Program-made: the position numbers and the translations under genes
The notes under the pieces: model-generated
Told to the model about the DNA's origin: nothing
The model's database searches: none
The model's input: only the letters and a program-made list of their open reading frames with translations
Part shown: piece by piece, positions 41,533 to 50,794 of the stretch
Layout of the letters: every line of letters begins with the position of its first letter
Numbering within the stretch: the stretch's first letter is position 1
Assembly: GCA_965226495.1 (NCBI GenBank)
Contig: OZ245365.1
Span: 704,001-768,000 of the forward strand
DNA length: 64,000 nucleotides
DNA from: Candidatus Marinacidobacterales bacterium
GTDB taxonomy: Bacteria > Acidobacteriota > Vicinamibacteria > Marinacidobacterales > DATDRI01
Direction: 5' to 3'

Positions 41533-42913
41533 TGGGTCGGCGCCACAAGGCGAGGAAGGCCAGGCCCGCCATGGCGAGGATAAACAGGATCTTTCCCACT
41601 GCGAGGAGACCAGCCATTCCGGAAAAACCCCACTGTTGAATGAAAATCCAGGAGAGCCCGAGCACGAACGCGGTGTGCACGCCGACTCCTTGCGCGTATT
41701 GGCGGGCCCGCCCTGAGGCGTAGTAGAGCGGCTTGACCGCGAAGAATGCCGCCTCCACCGCGGCACCGGCCATCATGAACTGAAGGCCGACCACCATGGG
41801 TCGGTAGATCTCGCCGAAAGCCCATGGGACCAAGACCGGCAGGATGGGTATGCTCAGCAGCAACAGCAGACAAATAGGAAGACCACCCTGAAGAGTCCAT
41901 CGCTCGATGCTCTTCTTCAGCGACTCTATTTCTCCTTTGGCCCAGCGACCAGAAAAAATTGGATACGCCACACGGCCTAGCGCCTGGCCGATCTGTGAAG
42001 CGGCAAGCACGAGACTGCTGGCCAGACGGTAATAGCCCGCGGTCTCCGGGCCGCGAAGCCAACCGAGTAGAATCAACGGACCCTGGGCCATCAATCCGCC
42101 AAAGGAGACGATGAGATAGTTCCATCCGAAGAACGAGCCGAGCTCTCTCCACGAATGTCTCAACTGACCGAGGGGCGCGGACCACCAGGCGCCGATGCCT
42201 GCGTTCTTCGAAGTCCATGTGGCAAAGGCCATGAGCAGAAGACCACCGGTCGCTTGGGCAACCGCCGTCCCTAAAACCATTCCCGCAACGTCGAGACCAC
42301 CCAACAGCAAGCCGACAACGAGGACGAATTGGATAACTCGTTCGCATAGTTGCAAACCCGCCAGCGAGCGAAACTCTTGCAATGAAGTCAGCACTGCGGT
42401 CCCCGTTCCTCTCAGAGAGGAGAAAACGAACGACGAGCTGTAGGCAACGATGACCGTTGTCGCTCCCGGTCGATCAACGACGTGGGGCGTCAACCAAATG
42501 GCACTCAGGCCGATCACTGCAAACGCCACGAACGAAGCTAGGAGATCGACCACGTAGCCGAGCTTGCACATGCTTTCGAACTCGGAAACCTTTCGCGTCG
42601 AAACGAACCCGGCTAGGTAGCGTGTGGTCACGGACGCCGATTTGACCGACGTGAGGGACCAGACCAGGTTTGGATACGCCATGATCAGTGCAGCAACGCC
42701 GTAGGAAGACGGTCCCAGCAGACGGGCGGCGGCGATGGAGGTGAGCAAATTGACGCTCGCCCCCACGTACTGAGACGCCGCAAGAGCCCCGGCGCCACTG
42801 ACCATCGGGTGGCTCAGCAGCCGCCAGAAGCCTGCCCAAACGCCGTCGCCGAAGGCTGCCCCGTCGGTCTGCCGAGCGGTAGGGTAATCGTTGTCTTCTT
42901 CGGGATGGAGCAT
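41513..42913 (-). CDS. Wzx/MOP-family oligosaccharide flippase
   Basis: About 12 TMs. AARLLGPSSYG and LGWLRGPETAGYYRLA..L motifs. Confidence 0.88.
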   Translation of the reverse strand: MLHPEEDNDYPTARQTDGAAFGDGVWAGFWRLLSHPMVSGAGALAASQYVGASVNLLTSIAAARLLGPSSYGVAALIMAYPNLVWSLTSVKSASVTTRYLAGFVSTRKVSEFESMCKLGYVVDLLASFVAFAVIGLSAIWLTPHVVDRPGATTVIVAYSSSFVFSSLRGTGTAVLTSLQEFRSLAGLQLCERVIQFVLVVGLLLGGLDVAGMVLGTAVAQATGGLLLMAFATWTSKNAGIGAWWSAPLGQLRHSWRELGSFFGWNYLIVSFGGLMAQGPLILLGWLRGPETAGYYRLASSLVLAASQIGQALGRVAYPIFSGRWAKGEIESLKKSIERWTLQGGLPICLLLLLSIPILPVLVPWAFGEIYRPMVVGLQFMMAGAAVEAAFFAVKPLYYASGRARQYAQGVGVHTAFVLGLSWIFIQQWGFSGMAGLLAVGKILFILAMAGLAFLALWRRPNEQTTP

Positions 42914-42938
42914 AGCGCCTCAGAGAAGTCTCTTGAGA

Positions 42939-44788
42939 CTAATTAATGTAACCCAAAGCGCGTAGCGTTTCCTTGGTTTGTTCGTCCAGAATCACACCCG
43001 CACCTGATACGCGATCTCCTTTTGCCTTGGCTAAGAATGTTCGCACGTTGGCTAATAACATTTTGGTTTCCGTCTCTTTGGACCGACTGAGGTCGTTTTG
43101 CTCTTCGGGATCATCTGCCAAATCGTAGAGCTCTTGTTGCACGACCTGCGTTCGGCCCTCGGGGTTGGAGAGCGTCACGACGTATTTCAGATCTCGAATT
43201 CTCATCGCGATCTTCACGCAGCTATCGCCTTCCGCACAGCCGAGTGAGCCCTGTGACACCTCGCTGATGACGCTTCTTTCGTCGAAAGCGTGGCTCTGCC
43301 ATTCTGCCAAGTCCAAAGCTCCGGTTGGCGGCGGATCGATACCCGCGGCTCGCAATACCGTGGGGAATATGTCGGTTTGGCTGGCCAGCGTCTTCGCCCG
43401 TCCGGTCGGTAGATTCCCCGGCCACTTCACTACGAGGGGTATGCGGATGATTTCATCGTACAGGCTAACCGTATGTTGCCAGTGCCCGTGTTCGTAGAAG
43501 GCTTCGCCGTGGTCGGCGGTCACGATGATGAGCGTGTCATCGTAGAGGTCTCGCGCCTTGAGCTCATCGAGAAGTCGTCCAATCTGCTCGTCCACAAATC
43601 CAACCTCGGCGTCGTATAAACGGATTACGTCGTCTATCTCGACTTGGTCCTTCGGCTTGCCTCCGTCGAACACCTTGTCGAGCAAGTCCGAGATGTCCGG
43701 GGGGCGCGGTCCGAATCGCTCGCGCCATGTTTTCGGCGATAGGTATGGCCAGTGCGCGTCGATTAGGTGAACGAAGAGGAATTGCTCTGTTCCTTCGCCG
43801 CGACCGAGCAAATCGATGGCGGCGTCTATTGTTTTGTCCGCTGTGCTACCTACCATTAACCGGTAGTTGTGAAAACCGCGATAAAAGTTGAAGTGTTGCG
43901 AGACGAAGTACCAGGAAGCCACTCCGACGACTTGATAGCCAGCGCGAGAGAGGAGCTCGGGCAAGTAAGCGACATCATCGCTCAGCTTCCGCTGACGGGT
44001 GACCCCGTGGAAAGAAGGTAGAAGGCCGGTCAGCATGGAGAAATGAGTGGGCAGGGTCCATGACGACGTGCTGAAGGCCGCCTCGAAAACCGTCCCATTC
44101 TCGGCCAGGGCATCGATGTGGCGGGTCGTGTCTCTCGTGTAGCCATACGCTCCGACGTGATCGGCTCGCAGGCAGTCGATGGAAATTAGAACCACCGGGG
44201 GCCGGTCGCCGCGATAAGTCTTGCTCGACACCGTCGGGCTGCCCCAGACTGGCATCACTCGCTGGGCAGTCCATTGCACGCGGTCCCGAGGACGGTCGAC
44301 TCGGGTCTCGAATGTCAGTCGCAGTCGGCGTCCCTCCCATTCCGATAGATCGATTTCCCGATCTAGCCAACGTCCCGCCTGGTTGCGGCGGAGGCTTTCC
44401 GTGAAGAGAGACTTGCTGACGCCGTCGGCTTCGGCCAGCAATCGGAATTCGACCGGGGGAATACCTTGGCATCGCCGATCGGATTGAGGGCGATGGCGAA
44501 CCGCAGGATCGGATTCGACGGCACCCTGACCCCGAACGCGAATCGCGACGGGAGAGGAGGAGCGAGCGCCAGTCGGGACTCATCCTCGAGCGTGATCGGC
44601 AACGACAGCCTCGCGTCGTTTCGGCTCGAGAGAAACAGTTTCCGGTTGAAAGTCGCCTCCGCCTCATTCAAATGATCGATGAAGTAAAAGGGGGGAGGCG
44701 GTTTCGCGCTTCCATCGCCACAACCGGTAGCGTTCAGCGCGAGGAGCGAGAACGCTATGAGATATTGCCGCGCAGGCTCACGTAGCAT
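42939..44788 (-). pseudogene. Sulfatase-like lipoprotein #6, Thr-type, split by a frameshift near 44457 (possibly sequencing error)
   Basis: N-terminal part 44363..44788 (lipobox ATGC) joins 42939..44441 (SIDCLRADH, WTLPTH, TADHGE, ends LRALGYIN) if the G5 run at 44455-44459 were G6, giving FPPVEFRLLAE. Confidence 0.83.
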
Positions 44789-44919
44789 TTGGGGAGATCG
44801 TCACCGAGGCGAAGTTAACACACCCCGGGTGAGGGGTGAAGCGGGGCGGCCACACCGGACGACTCTTTTGTTGACGGGCACTCATACCCATGCACATAAT
44901 TCCTGCCTGGTCGCTACGC

Positions 44920-46029
44920 ATGCCCCCTAGCTCCGAAGAATCACAATCCCGCCAGACCATCACCCTTGGTCAGGTTCTGATCGCTCTGCTCGTCGCCGGC
45001 ATATGGCTCTCGGTGACGTTGCTGCCGCTCCCCGGGGTCGTTCCAGCCGATGACGCGCGCGGTCTCGATGCCCACATCTACGTCGCGATGGCGGAAGCCC
45101 CCGCCATTTTCACGATGCCGCCCTTCGCTTATCGACTGGGGGGCCCTTTCCTCGCGTTCGTACTTCCTTTTCCGGTGGAGATTAATTTTTTCCTGCTTTC
45201 ACTACTCGGCCTGCTTGCAACTTTGGTGCTTGGGTACGTTTTCTTCCGGGAGCTCGGCTACAGTCACGGCCTTGCGTTGCTCGGTCTGATTTTTATGGCT
45301 GCCGCGCCAGAGGTGACCGTCTTCCTGAGGAATCACTTCTTGATCGACCCACTCGGTCTGGCCTTCACGGTTGCGCTGTTCATTGCCATCGAGCGGCGGG
45401 TCTCGGCAGGGCCGATGGCCCTGCTGCTGCTGGTTGCGAGTCTGTTCAAAGAGACCGCCTTCTTCGTCCTGCCGGTGATGTACCTACGACTTGCTTCGCC
45501 CAGGCTCGTGGACCGGTCGGCGGTTTGGAGGGTCCTCGTTGTTAGCGCGCCGGCGGTCACCGCGGCGCTCATCCTGAGATTCGGGTGGGGTGGGGCTTTC
45601 CAGGCTTTTCCGTACCTCAGTCCCTGGGGTGGGCAGCGCCAACCATGGTTCGGTAGTTTGGAAGCCTACCAAGCGATCTGGGGTGGTCTATTCGGCTACC
45701 TCGCGGTGCTCGCCATCGCCAACGCTTTCTCCGCACGCTGGCGTGATTTCGCGCGTCGCTATTCACCGTACGCGGCTCTAGTTGTCGCACAAATGCTGGT
45801 GCCGCAAAACTCGGAGCGCCTTCTATTCTCTGCATTTCCCGTCATCATTCCGCTCGCCTTGGCAGAGTTCCAGAGGATAGGCGATGAGCTTCCCGAGTGG
45901 TTCCCCTTGATAGCGACATTGCTGATCTTTTGTTACCTCTTCTTGCCGAACCAGCTCGTGGCGCCGATTGCCCTTGTGATCGTGGCGAGGATCATCATGG
46001 AGCGACGATCGTGGGGAGCCGCGAAGTGA
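44920..46029 (+). CDS. Polytopic membrane protein, GT-C-like
   Basis: GLDAHIYVAMA..PPFAYRL, LIDPL and FKE motifs; about 10 TMs. Confidence 0.6.
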   Translation: MPPSSEESQSRQTITLGQVLIALLVAGIWLSVTLLPLPGVVPADDARGLDAHIYVAMAEAPAIFTMPPFAYRLGGPFLAFVLPFPVEINFFLLSLLGLLATLVLGYVFFRELGYSHGLALLGLIFMAAAPEVTVFLRNHFLIDPLGLAFTVALFIAIERRVSAGPMALLLLVASLFKETAFFVLPVMYLRLASPRLVDRSAVWRVLVVSAPAVTAALILRFGWGGAFQAFPYLSPWGGQRQPWFGSLEAYQAIWGGLFGYLAVLAIANAFSARWRDFARRYSPYAALVVAQMLVPQNSERLLFSAFPVIIPLALAEFQRIGDELPEWFPLIATLLIFCYLFLPNQLVAPIALVIVARIIMERRSWGAAK

Positions 46030-46628
46030 ATCGGAAGACGGTCGTCGAATGGCTTTCGTGGGTTGCGTGTTTCGGAATCTTGTTGGCACTAGTGGCGGGC
46101 CTCGACCCCTACCGGCGACCGCCTCTACGGTACGGTTACGGTCTGGATCGCCACCAGTACTTCCGCGCCACCATCAGGCGGGCGCGCGAGCTTCAGGATA
46201 CCGGTACCTATCGCGTCCAGCCTAATGAGAACTGGCTATTGCGCGGTGGTTGGGCGGACGGACCCGCAGCCCGCCAATCGGGCCTAGCTCTCGCCGAACA
46301 ACGCCGGGTTCGCGTCATCTTGCCGGTCCTCGTCCCAGAGTCTCTCCAGGTTCGGCTTCGCGTGGAATCGCTCCCATCCCCGGATCGGGAGCAAGAGGCC
46401 CTCGAGGTCGAGTATGGCGTCGGAATGGCCTTGGGCCGTTTCTTGGTGCCGCCCGAGGGGTCGGTGCTCAAGTTCCAGGTCGAGCCTTCGATGCTCCATC
46501 GCGGTGACGGAACATCGTCTTCCGATCTATCGCGTCATCGCGCACGCGAGGGGACGCCGAACCCTGGCTCTCTCTCGGCTGGATGAGCGCTCGGGTCCTC
46601 GAAAGCGGTAACTTGAGCGGTTCTTAAT
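46026..46628 (+). pseudogene. Probable internally deleted or frameshifted remnant of a GT-C-like protein
   Basis: One TM plus GLDRHQY (compare GLDAHIY upstream) jumps directly to a soluble WLLRGGW...LGRF..HRG domain. Frame is ambiguous after about 46510. Confidence 0.4.
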
Positions 46629-47756
46629 TCAATGCGGCCGGTGCTTGTGGATACCGCGGTGCTGCTCTTCCGTCAACGTGTCATCGATGTTCGGATAAAC
46701 GGCTGACCAATCGAATTGAGCTTTCACAAGGTCACGAGCCTTTCTTCCCATAGCGTGCCGCTCCACTGGATGGGTGACCAGATGTCGGAGGCGTGCGCAG
46801 AACTCCTCGATGTCGAAGGGTTCAATCGCATACCCGCATTCCGCCGGGATCATGTTTTTGACGTCACCTACGGCGAAGGCGATGGACGGCACCCCACACG
46901 CCGACGCTTCCATAACCACCCGCGGCGAGCCCTCTGCGAAAGTCGGAAGGACCAGGACTGCAGAGGAACCGATGACCTGTTTGGTCTCCTCGTGCGACAG
47001 AGTCCCCAAGATCTTCACCTGGGGTTCGGTCGCGCTCCAAGTCTCGACACTTTTCCGATCGGGTCCGTTTCCGACGATGACGAAGGACCAGTCGGGCGGG
47101 AGCGTGCGCGTGATGTCGGGAAAAAACCGAACCCCTTTGTTCTCGACTAACCGGCCCACGAAGACGACCTGCCGTTGCTTTTCCAGCTCATGAGGGTAGT
47201 CCGCGACGTGGATGGCACCGTGGACCACCACCAAGCCTTCGCGGGACGTTTCATAGCCTCTCCGCCGAAGCTCCGGGCCGATGTCGGCGTTGGCAATCAC
47301 CCGGTCTACTTGTCTGAACAGCCCCTTGCCAAAGGTCCGATCGTACAAGATCTTCCCAAGCCGGGTCGGCAGGGACAGGTGAGCTAGGACGTCCTCGTCC
47401 AGGCTGCCGACGTAGAAAAGAATCAAGGGCTTCCCGAACTTGCCTTTCCGGCGAAGCCGGACGACGCGGCTGTTCATTTCGAACATGTAACTGAACAATA
47501 CGATCACATCGCACCAATCCACGTGTTTCCGAATGTGATGCCAGAGGCGATAGGTAATAGGATTCCGCCCGAGGACGCGGCCCAGATGAGGAACTGGAAA
47601 TACGTCCAGCCCTTTGCTCTCCACCGATTCATCGCCGGCCACCACGACGCGAAGCTCATGGCCGTGATTGAGGAGCTCGCTGCAGAGCTCGTAACAGGTT
47701 TGGGACAGACCACCCCGGATAGGAAACCAATCGGGGCAGACCATGAGGATTTTCAA
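46629..47756 (-). CDS. GT4 glycosyltransferase
   Basis: PDWFPIRGG, FVGRLVENKG and LPTFAEGSPRVVMEASACG motifs. Confidence 0.9.
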   Translation of the reverse strand: MKILMVCPDWFPIRGGLSQTCYELCSELLNHGHELRVVVAGDESVESKGLDVFPVPHLGRVLGRNPITYRLWHHIRKHVDWCDVIVLFSYMFEMNSRVVRLRRKGKFGKPLILFYVGSLDEDVLAHLSLPTRLGKILYDRTFGKGLFRQVDRVIANADIGPELRRRGYETSREGLVVVHGAIHVADYPHELEKQRQVVFVGRLVENKGVRFFPDITRTLPPDWSFVIVGNGPDRKSVETWSATEPQVKILGTLSHEETKQVIGSSAVLVLPTFAEGSPRVVMEASACGVPSIAFAVGDVKNMIPAECGYAIEPFDIEEFCARLRHLVTHPVERHAMGRKARDLVKAQFDWSAVYPNIDDTLTEEQHRGIHKHRPH

Positions 47757-48151
47757 TGTGGCCGGCGTTGTTCTTTCGCGGCCGATTCAGCGTCGCTGGG
47801 TGGGGGGTCGCCCCCTAGTTCCGTCCTCCGATGTTGCTCCATGAGGATGCTCACCATTTGGGCTAGGCTGGCAATCCTTCGCTCTTGGATACTGATGATT
47901 GAAAGAAGCTCGAATAGCTGGACTAGAAGAAAGCCCGTGACGAGCAGGATCATGACGGTGTGATAGGGCATGCTCATGAGACCGGCGAGTCGCGAGATGG
48001 CGTTGGGCCAAACGGCGAGAGCCAGAAACGGTAGGCCGGTCAGAATAAGCACTACCACGTAGCGCTCTTTGAGTCGCTGCGCTCGCAGGCTGCGGAGGGC
48101 GAGAAAAAGGAGCGTACCGCCGTAGAGTAGGAGAATTAGTGAACGGATCAT
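47753..48151 (-). CDS. DUF2304 family small membrane protein (GacJ-like partner of GT2)
   Basis: Three TMs. RLKERY..., WPN.I.RLA.LM and LSI.ISIQERRIASLAQMVSIL patterns; lies directly downstream of a GT2. Confidence 0.8.
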   Translation of the reverse strand: MIRSLILLLYGGTLLFLALRSLRAQRLKERYVVVLILTGLPFLALAVWPNAISRLAGLMSMPYHTVMILLVTGFLLVQLFELLSIISIQERRIASLAQMVSILMEQHRRTELGGDPPPSDAESAAKEQRRPH

Positions 48152-48169
48152 GTTGCGGCCTGTGTCGCC

Positions 48170-48913
48170 TTAGGTATTCCAGTCGCCATGGAGTTTATCG
48201 CTTTCCCGCCAGGGCTCGCGAATCATGTCCAGGACGAGGGCGACGGACACCTTGATGACATAGTAAATGCCTTTCCAGAGCGGAATACTGGTCCGCCCAC
48301 CCGCGCGTTCGTGCATGCGCACCGGTACTTCGGTGACTCGAAACTTGGCTCGCAGAAGCAGCAGGATGACTTCCGGCTCGGGATAGTCATCGGGATACCA
48401 GCGCGCGTAGGCTTCGATGACCCGGCGATTCGCGGCCCGAAAGCCGCTCGTGCAGTCGGTGAAACGCCGGCCGGTCAAGGCCTTGAGAAGCAAACTGAGC
48501 CAAAGTGTTCCCATCCGGCGAGGGAAAGATAGGGGATAGGTCTCGTCGCGTTGGTCGAGAAATCTCGAGCCGACCACGATGTCGGCTTCGTCGTTACAAA
48601 CGGGCTCGAGTATCTTGGCGACCTCTTCGGCGGCGTGCTGGCCATCTGCGTCGACCTGAATCGCCACCTCGTATCCGTTCAGCGCCGCGTAGCGGTAGCC
48701 GGTCTGCATCGCACCCCCGATGCCGAGGTTAAAGGGTAGACTCAAGACGGTTGCCCAAGGCGGTACGTTTTGCGCGGTCGCGTCGGTCGAACCGTCGTCG
48801 ATAACTACGACGTCGGCGGTGGGCAGGCTCTTGCGCAGCCCGTCCACGACCTGGCGGATGGTGCCAGATTCGTTCCAAGCGGGGACGATCACGAGTTGAG
48901 CAGCGGCCGCCAT
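48170..48913 (-). CDS. GT2 polyprenyl-phosphate glycosyltransferase (GacI-like)
   Basis: VPAWNE, DDGSTD, NLGIGGAMQTG, QVDADGQH, GSRF, DCTSGFRA and DYPEPE motifs. Confidence 0.9.
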   Translation of the reverse strand: MAAAAQLVIVPAWNESGTIRQVVDGLRKSLPTADVVVIDDGSTDATAQNVPPWATVLSLPFNLGIGGAMQTGYRYAALNGYEVAIQVDADGQHAAEEVAKILEPVCNDEADIVVGSRFLDQRDETYPLSFPRRMGTLWLSLLLKALTGRRFTDCTSGFRAANRRVIEAYARWYPDDYPEPEVILLLLRAKFRVTEVPVRMHERAGGRTSIPLWKGIYYVIKVSVALVLDMIREPWRESDKLHGDWNT

Positions 48914-48983
48914 CGGTCGATAGACATTGTATCAGTCTCAGCTGCCGAGCCTCACCTCTGAGGCACGCCGCCAGCGGACAATT

Positions 48984-49183
48984 TCAGTTCTGCTTTTCGA
49001 CTCCCCCGGCTCCGCGCACGACAGCCCGGACCAAGTCGAGGTGGAGTGGATCGTCGATGTGTAGAGACTTCCAGTCACCTAAAACGATGGCCCTGACATC
49101 ATTTCCGAGACAGAAGTCGCGACCACTCCAATCTTCGAGGAGCGTCCGTTTCCTCGAGCTTCGCGATAGCGCGGTCCCTTCAT
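48984..49183 (-). pseudogene. Remnant resembling the C-terminus of an acylneuraminate cytidylyltransferase (NeuA/CMAS-like)
   Basis: A start-less open frame reads KRTLLEDWSGRDFCLGNDVRAIVLGDWKSLHIDDPLHLDLVRAVV, resembling the S-x-D-I-D-x-x-x-D C-terminal motif. Confidence 0.45.
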
Positions 49184-49193
49184 ACTGCGTCGC

Positions 49194-50570
49194 TCAGACT
49201 CGAGCCTTCTCGGTGGATGACGCGGCAGGCCGGACCTCACGTGGCACATGGAAGTAGTTCAACGCGTCGAACAGCAGGCGATCGAATTCGTTAGGTACTC
49301 GCGTCCACTTCAGGTTGAAGGAGATCATCGCGTTGTTCCAATGACATTTACCGCGTAAGAGGCCGGCGAGATAGTTTGCTTCACAAATGCAGGTGAGCAT
49401 CGATCTCGCCTCGGGCTTATGTCGGGTCCACCGTCGCTCGCGGAAGTCGACGTAGAGCGGGCTGGAATCGAGATCCTCGGGGGCGAGACACAGCACCCAA
49501 TCCGTCGCGATTCTATACTGCTCCATCTTTTCGAACATGTGAGAAGCGGCCCGTTCGACGAGCCCATCGAGTTCCCCAGGATCCCGAACTTGAGGGTAAC
49601 GATCATGAGTGTTCGGCACCGGAGAATATAGTTGTTGGGCAATCTCTTCGAGCTTGGGAGGCTCCGAGCTTCGCTTGATGAACTCGTACCCCGCTTCGGG
49701 GATGATGTTGAGCTCGTCGCTTTCGTAGAGGCCGAAGGTAGGGAGCCCGGTGCTACCGGTATATCTCTCGACCACCTTATCCTTGTTTGCCCACCAGGCG
49801 TCTCCGCACCACGCCGCGAACTTCTTGGCCATCGGTCCAACCAAAGCGAATTCCGATGAATACGGCATCAAAGCCTTGGGTCGCAGTTGATCGAACAGAG
49901 CTTGATTGATTTTCTCACGCTTGTCCTCACGGTCGTCGGCAATGGCGCGTTTGTCTTGGTCACTGAGGTTTTCGTAGCAAAGGGGATAATCGGACGCCGC
50001 TCCGTTGTAGGAAAAGGCGAGGAGGTCGCAGTCCCTCATATGCTCGAGCGAGGAGCCCGCATCCTCGGGGCAATACGGAACGTTATCGGCCAGCAGGACG
50101 ACTTTGAGTCCCTCCGAGGAGAAGATGACTCCATTGTCGATGACCAGCGACTCGAGGTCATGCGATTCATAGTGCTCGAGCTCTTGACCGAAGGCGTTCA
50201 TTCGGGGGACCACTTCCACCGTGAGGTCTCGAGACACCTCGACCGGCACCTTGGGTTTGAGCATTCGGACCTTGTCGAAGCCCATCTGCTTCAATCGTAA
50301 CGCGATGACGTGATTGGGGTAAACGTCGGGCACTAGCATCATAGCGGAACGATCCACGTGCTCGAGGGTCGCGACATCGTAGTGGTCTTCGTGGATATGA
50401 GAAATGAAGCAATGCGTCGCGCCCGTCAAGACAGCAGCCATATCGCGGACCGGGGGGTAGGGTGCCCAAGCGCCGTCGAAGATTCCTGGCTTCAGCCACG
50501 GGTCGCAGAGGATCACGTGGTCTCGTGCTTCCAGGCGAACGCAACCGTTCACCGGATTCGTGATCTTCAT
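49194..50570 (-). CDS. Metallo-beta-lactamase-fold protein resembling the hydroxylase domain of CMP-Neu5Ac hydroxylase (CMAH)/NamH; no Rieske domain
   Basis: C-V-x-L...LCDPWL....F.GAW, ISHIHEDH, YNGAASDYPLCY and LRPK.LMPYSSEF patterns. Confidence 0.7.
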   Translation of the reverse strand: MKITNPVNGCVRLEARDHVILCDPWLKPGIFDGAWAPYPPVRDMAAVLTGATHCFISHIHEDHYDVATLEHVDRSAMMLVPDVYPNHVIALRLKQMGFDKVRMLKPKVPVEVSRDLTVEVVPRMNAFGQELEHYESHDLESLVIDNGVIFSSEGLKVVLLADNVPYCPEDAGSSLEHMRDCDLLAFSYNGAASDYPLCYENLSDQDKRAIADDREDKREKINQALFDQLRPKALMPYSSEFALVGPMAKKFAAWCGDAWWANKDKVVERYTGSTGLPTFGLYESDELNIIPEAGYEFIKRSSEPPKLEEIAQQLYSPVPNTHDRYPQVRDPGELDGLVERAASHMFEKMEQYRIATDWVLCLAPEDLDSSPLYVDFRERRWTRHKPEARSMLTCICEANYLAGLLRGKCHWNNAMISFNLKWTRVPNEFDRLLFDALNYFHVPREVRPAASSTEKARV

Positions 50571-50622
50571 TCGAAGCCCGGCAACATAGTGTGCTTAATG
50601 CGCGCTCACTCCTCTATAAGTG

Positions 50623-50777
50623 GCGCGGGGCCCCACCCCCACGCCTCATGCTCCGTCGACTGGCGACTCCGCGTGGGCTCATGGCTGCGTTCGCGCGCTG
50701 GCGCCTCGCTCTTCGCTCGGCGCTCCTTTCGTCGGCCCACTCGGGCCGGGCTCGCTCCGCTCGCGCAGGGTGCCGGG
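50623..50777. repeat. GC-rich palindromic intergenic element (REP/MITE-like), single copy in this window
   Basis: gcgcggggccccacccc...ggcccactcgggcc...gggctcgctccgctcgcgcaggg, with short hairpins and repeated (t)cgct units in a non-coding gap. Confidence 0.4.
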
Positions 50778-50794
50778 TATTCTTCAGCACCCTG

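Noticed and set aside
15707-44788. Sulfated-polysaccharide degradation locus (PUL)
   Set aside because: There is no C/S-x-P-x-R motif, formylglycine-generating enzyme, TonB/SusCD transporter or catabolic sugar gene, and the context is biosynthetic.
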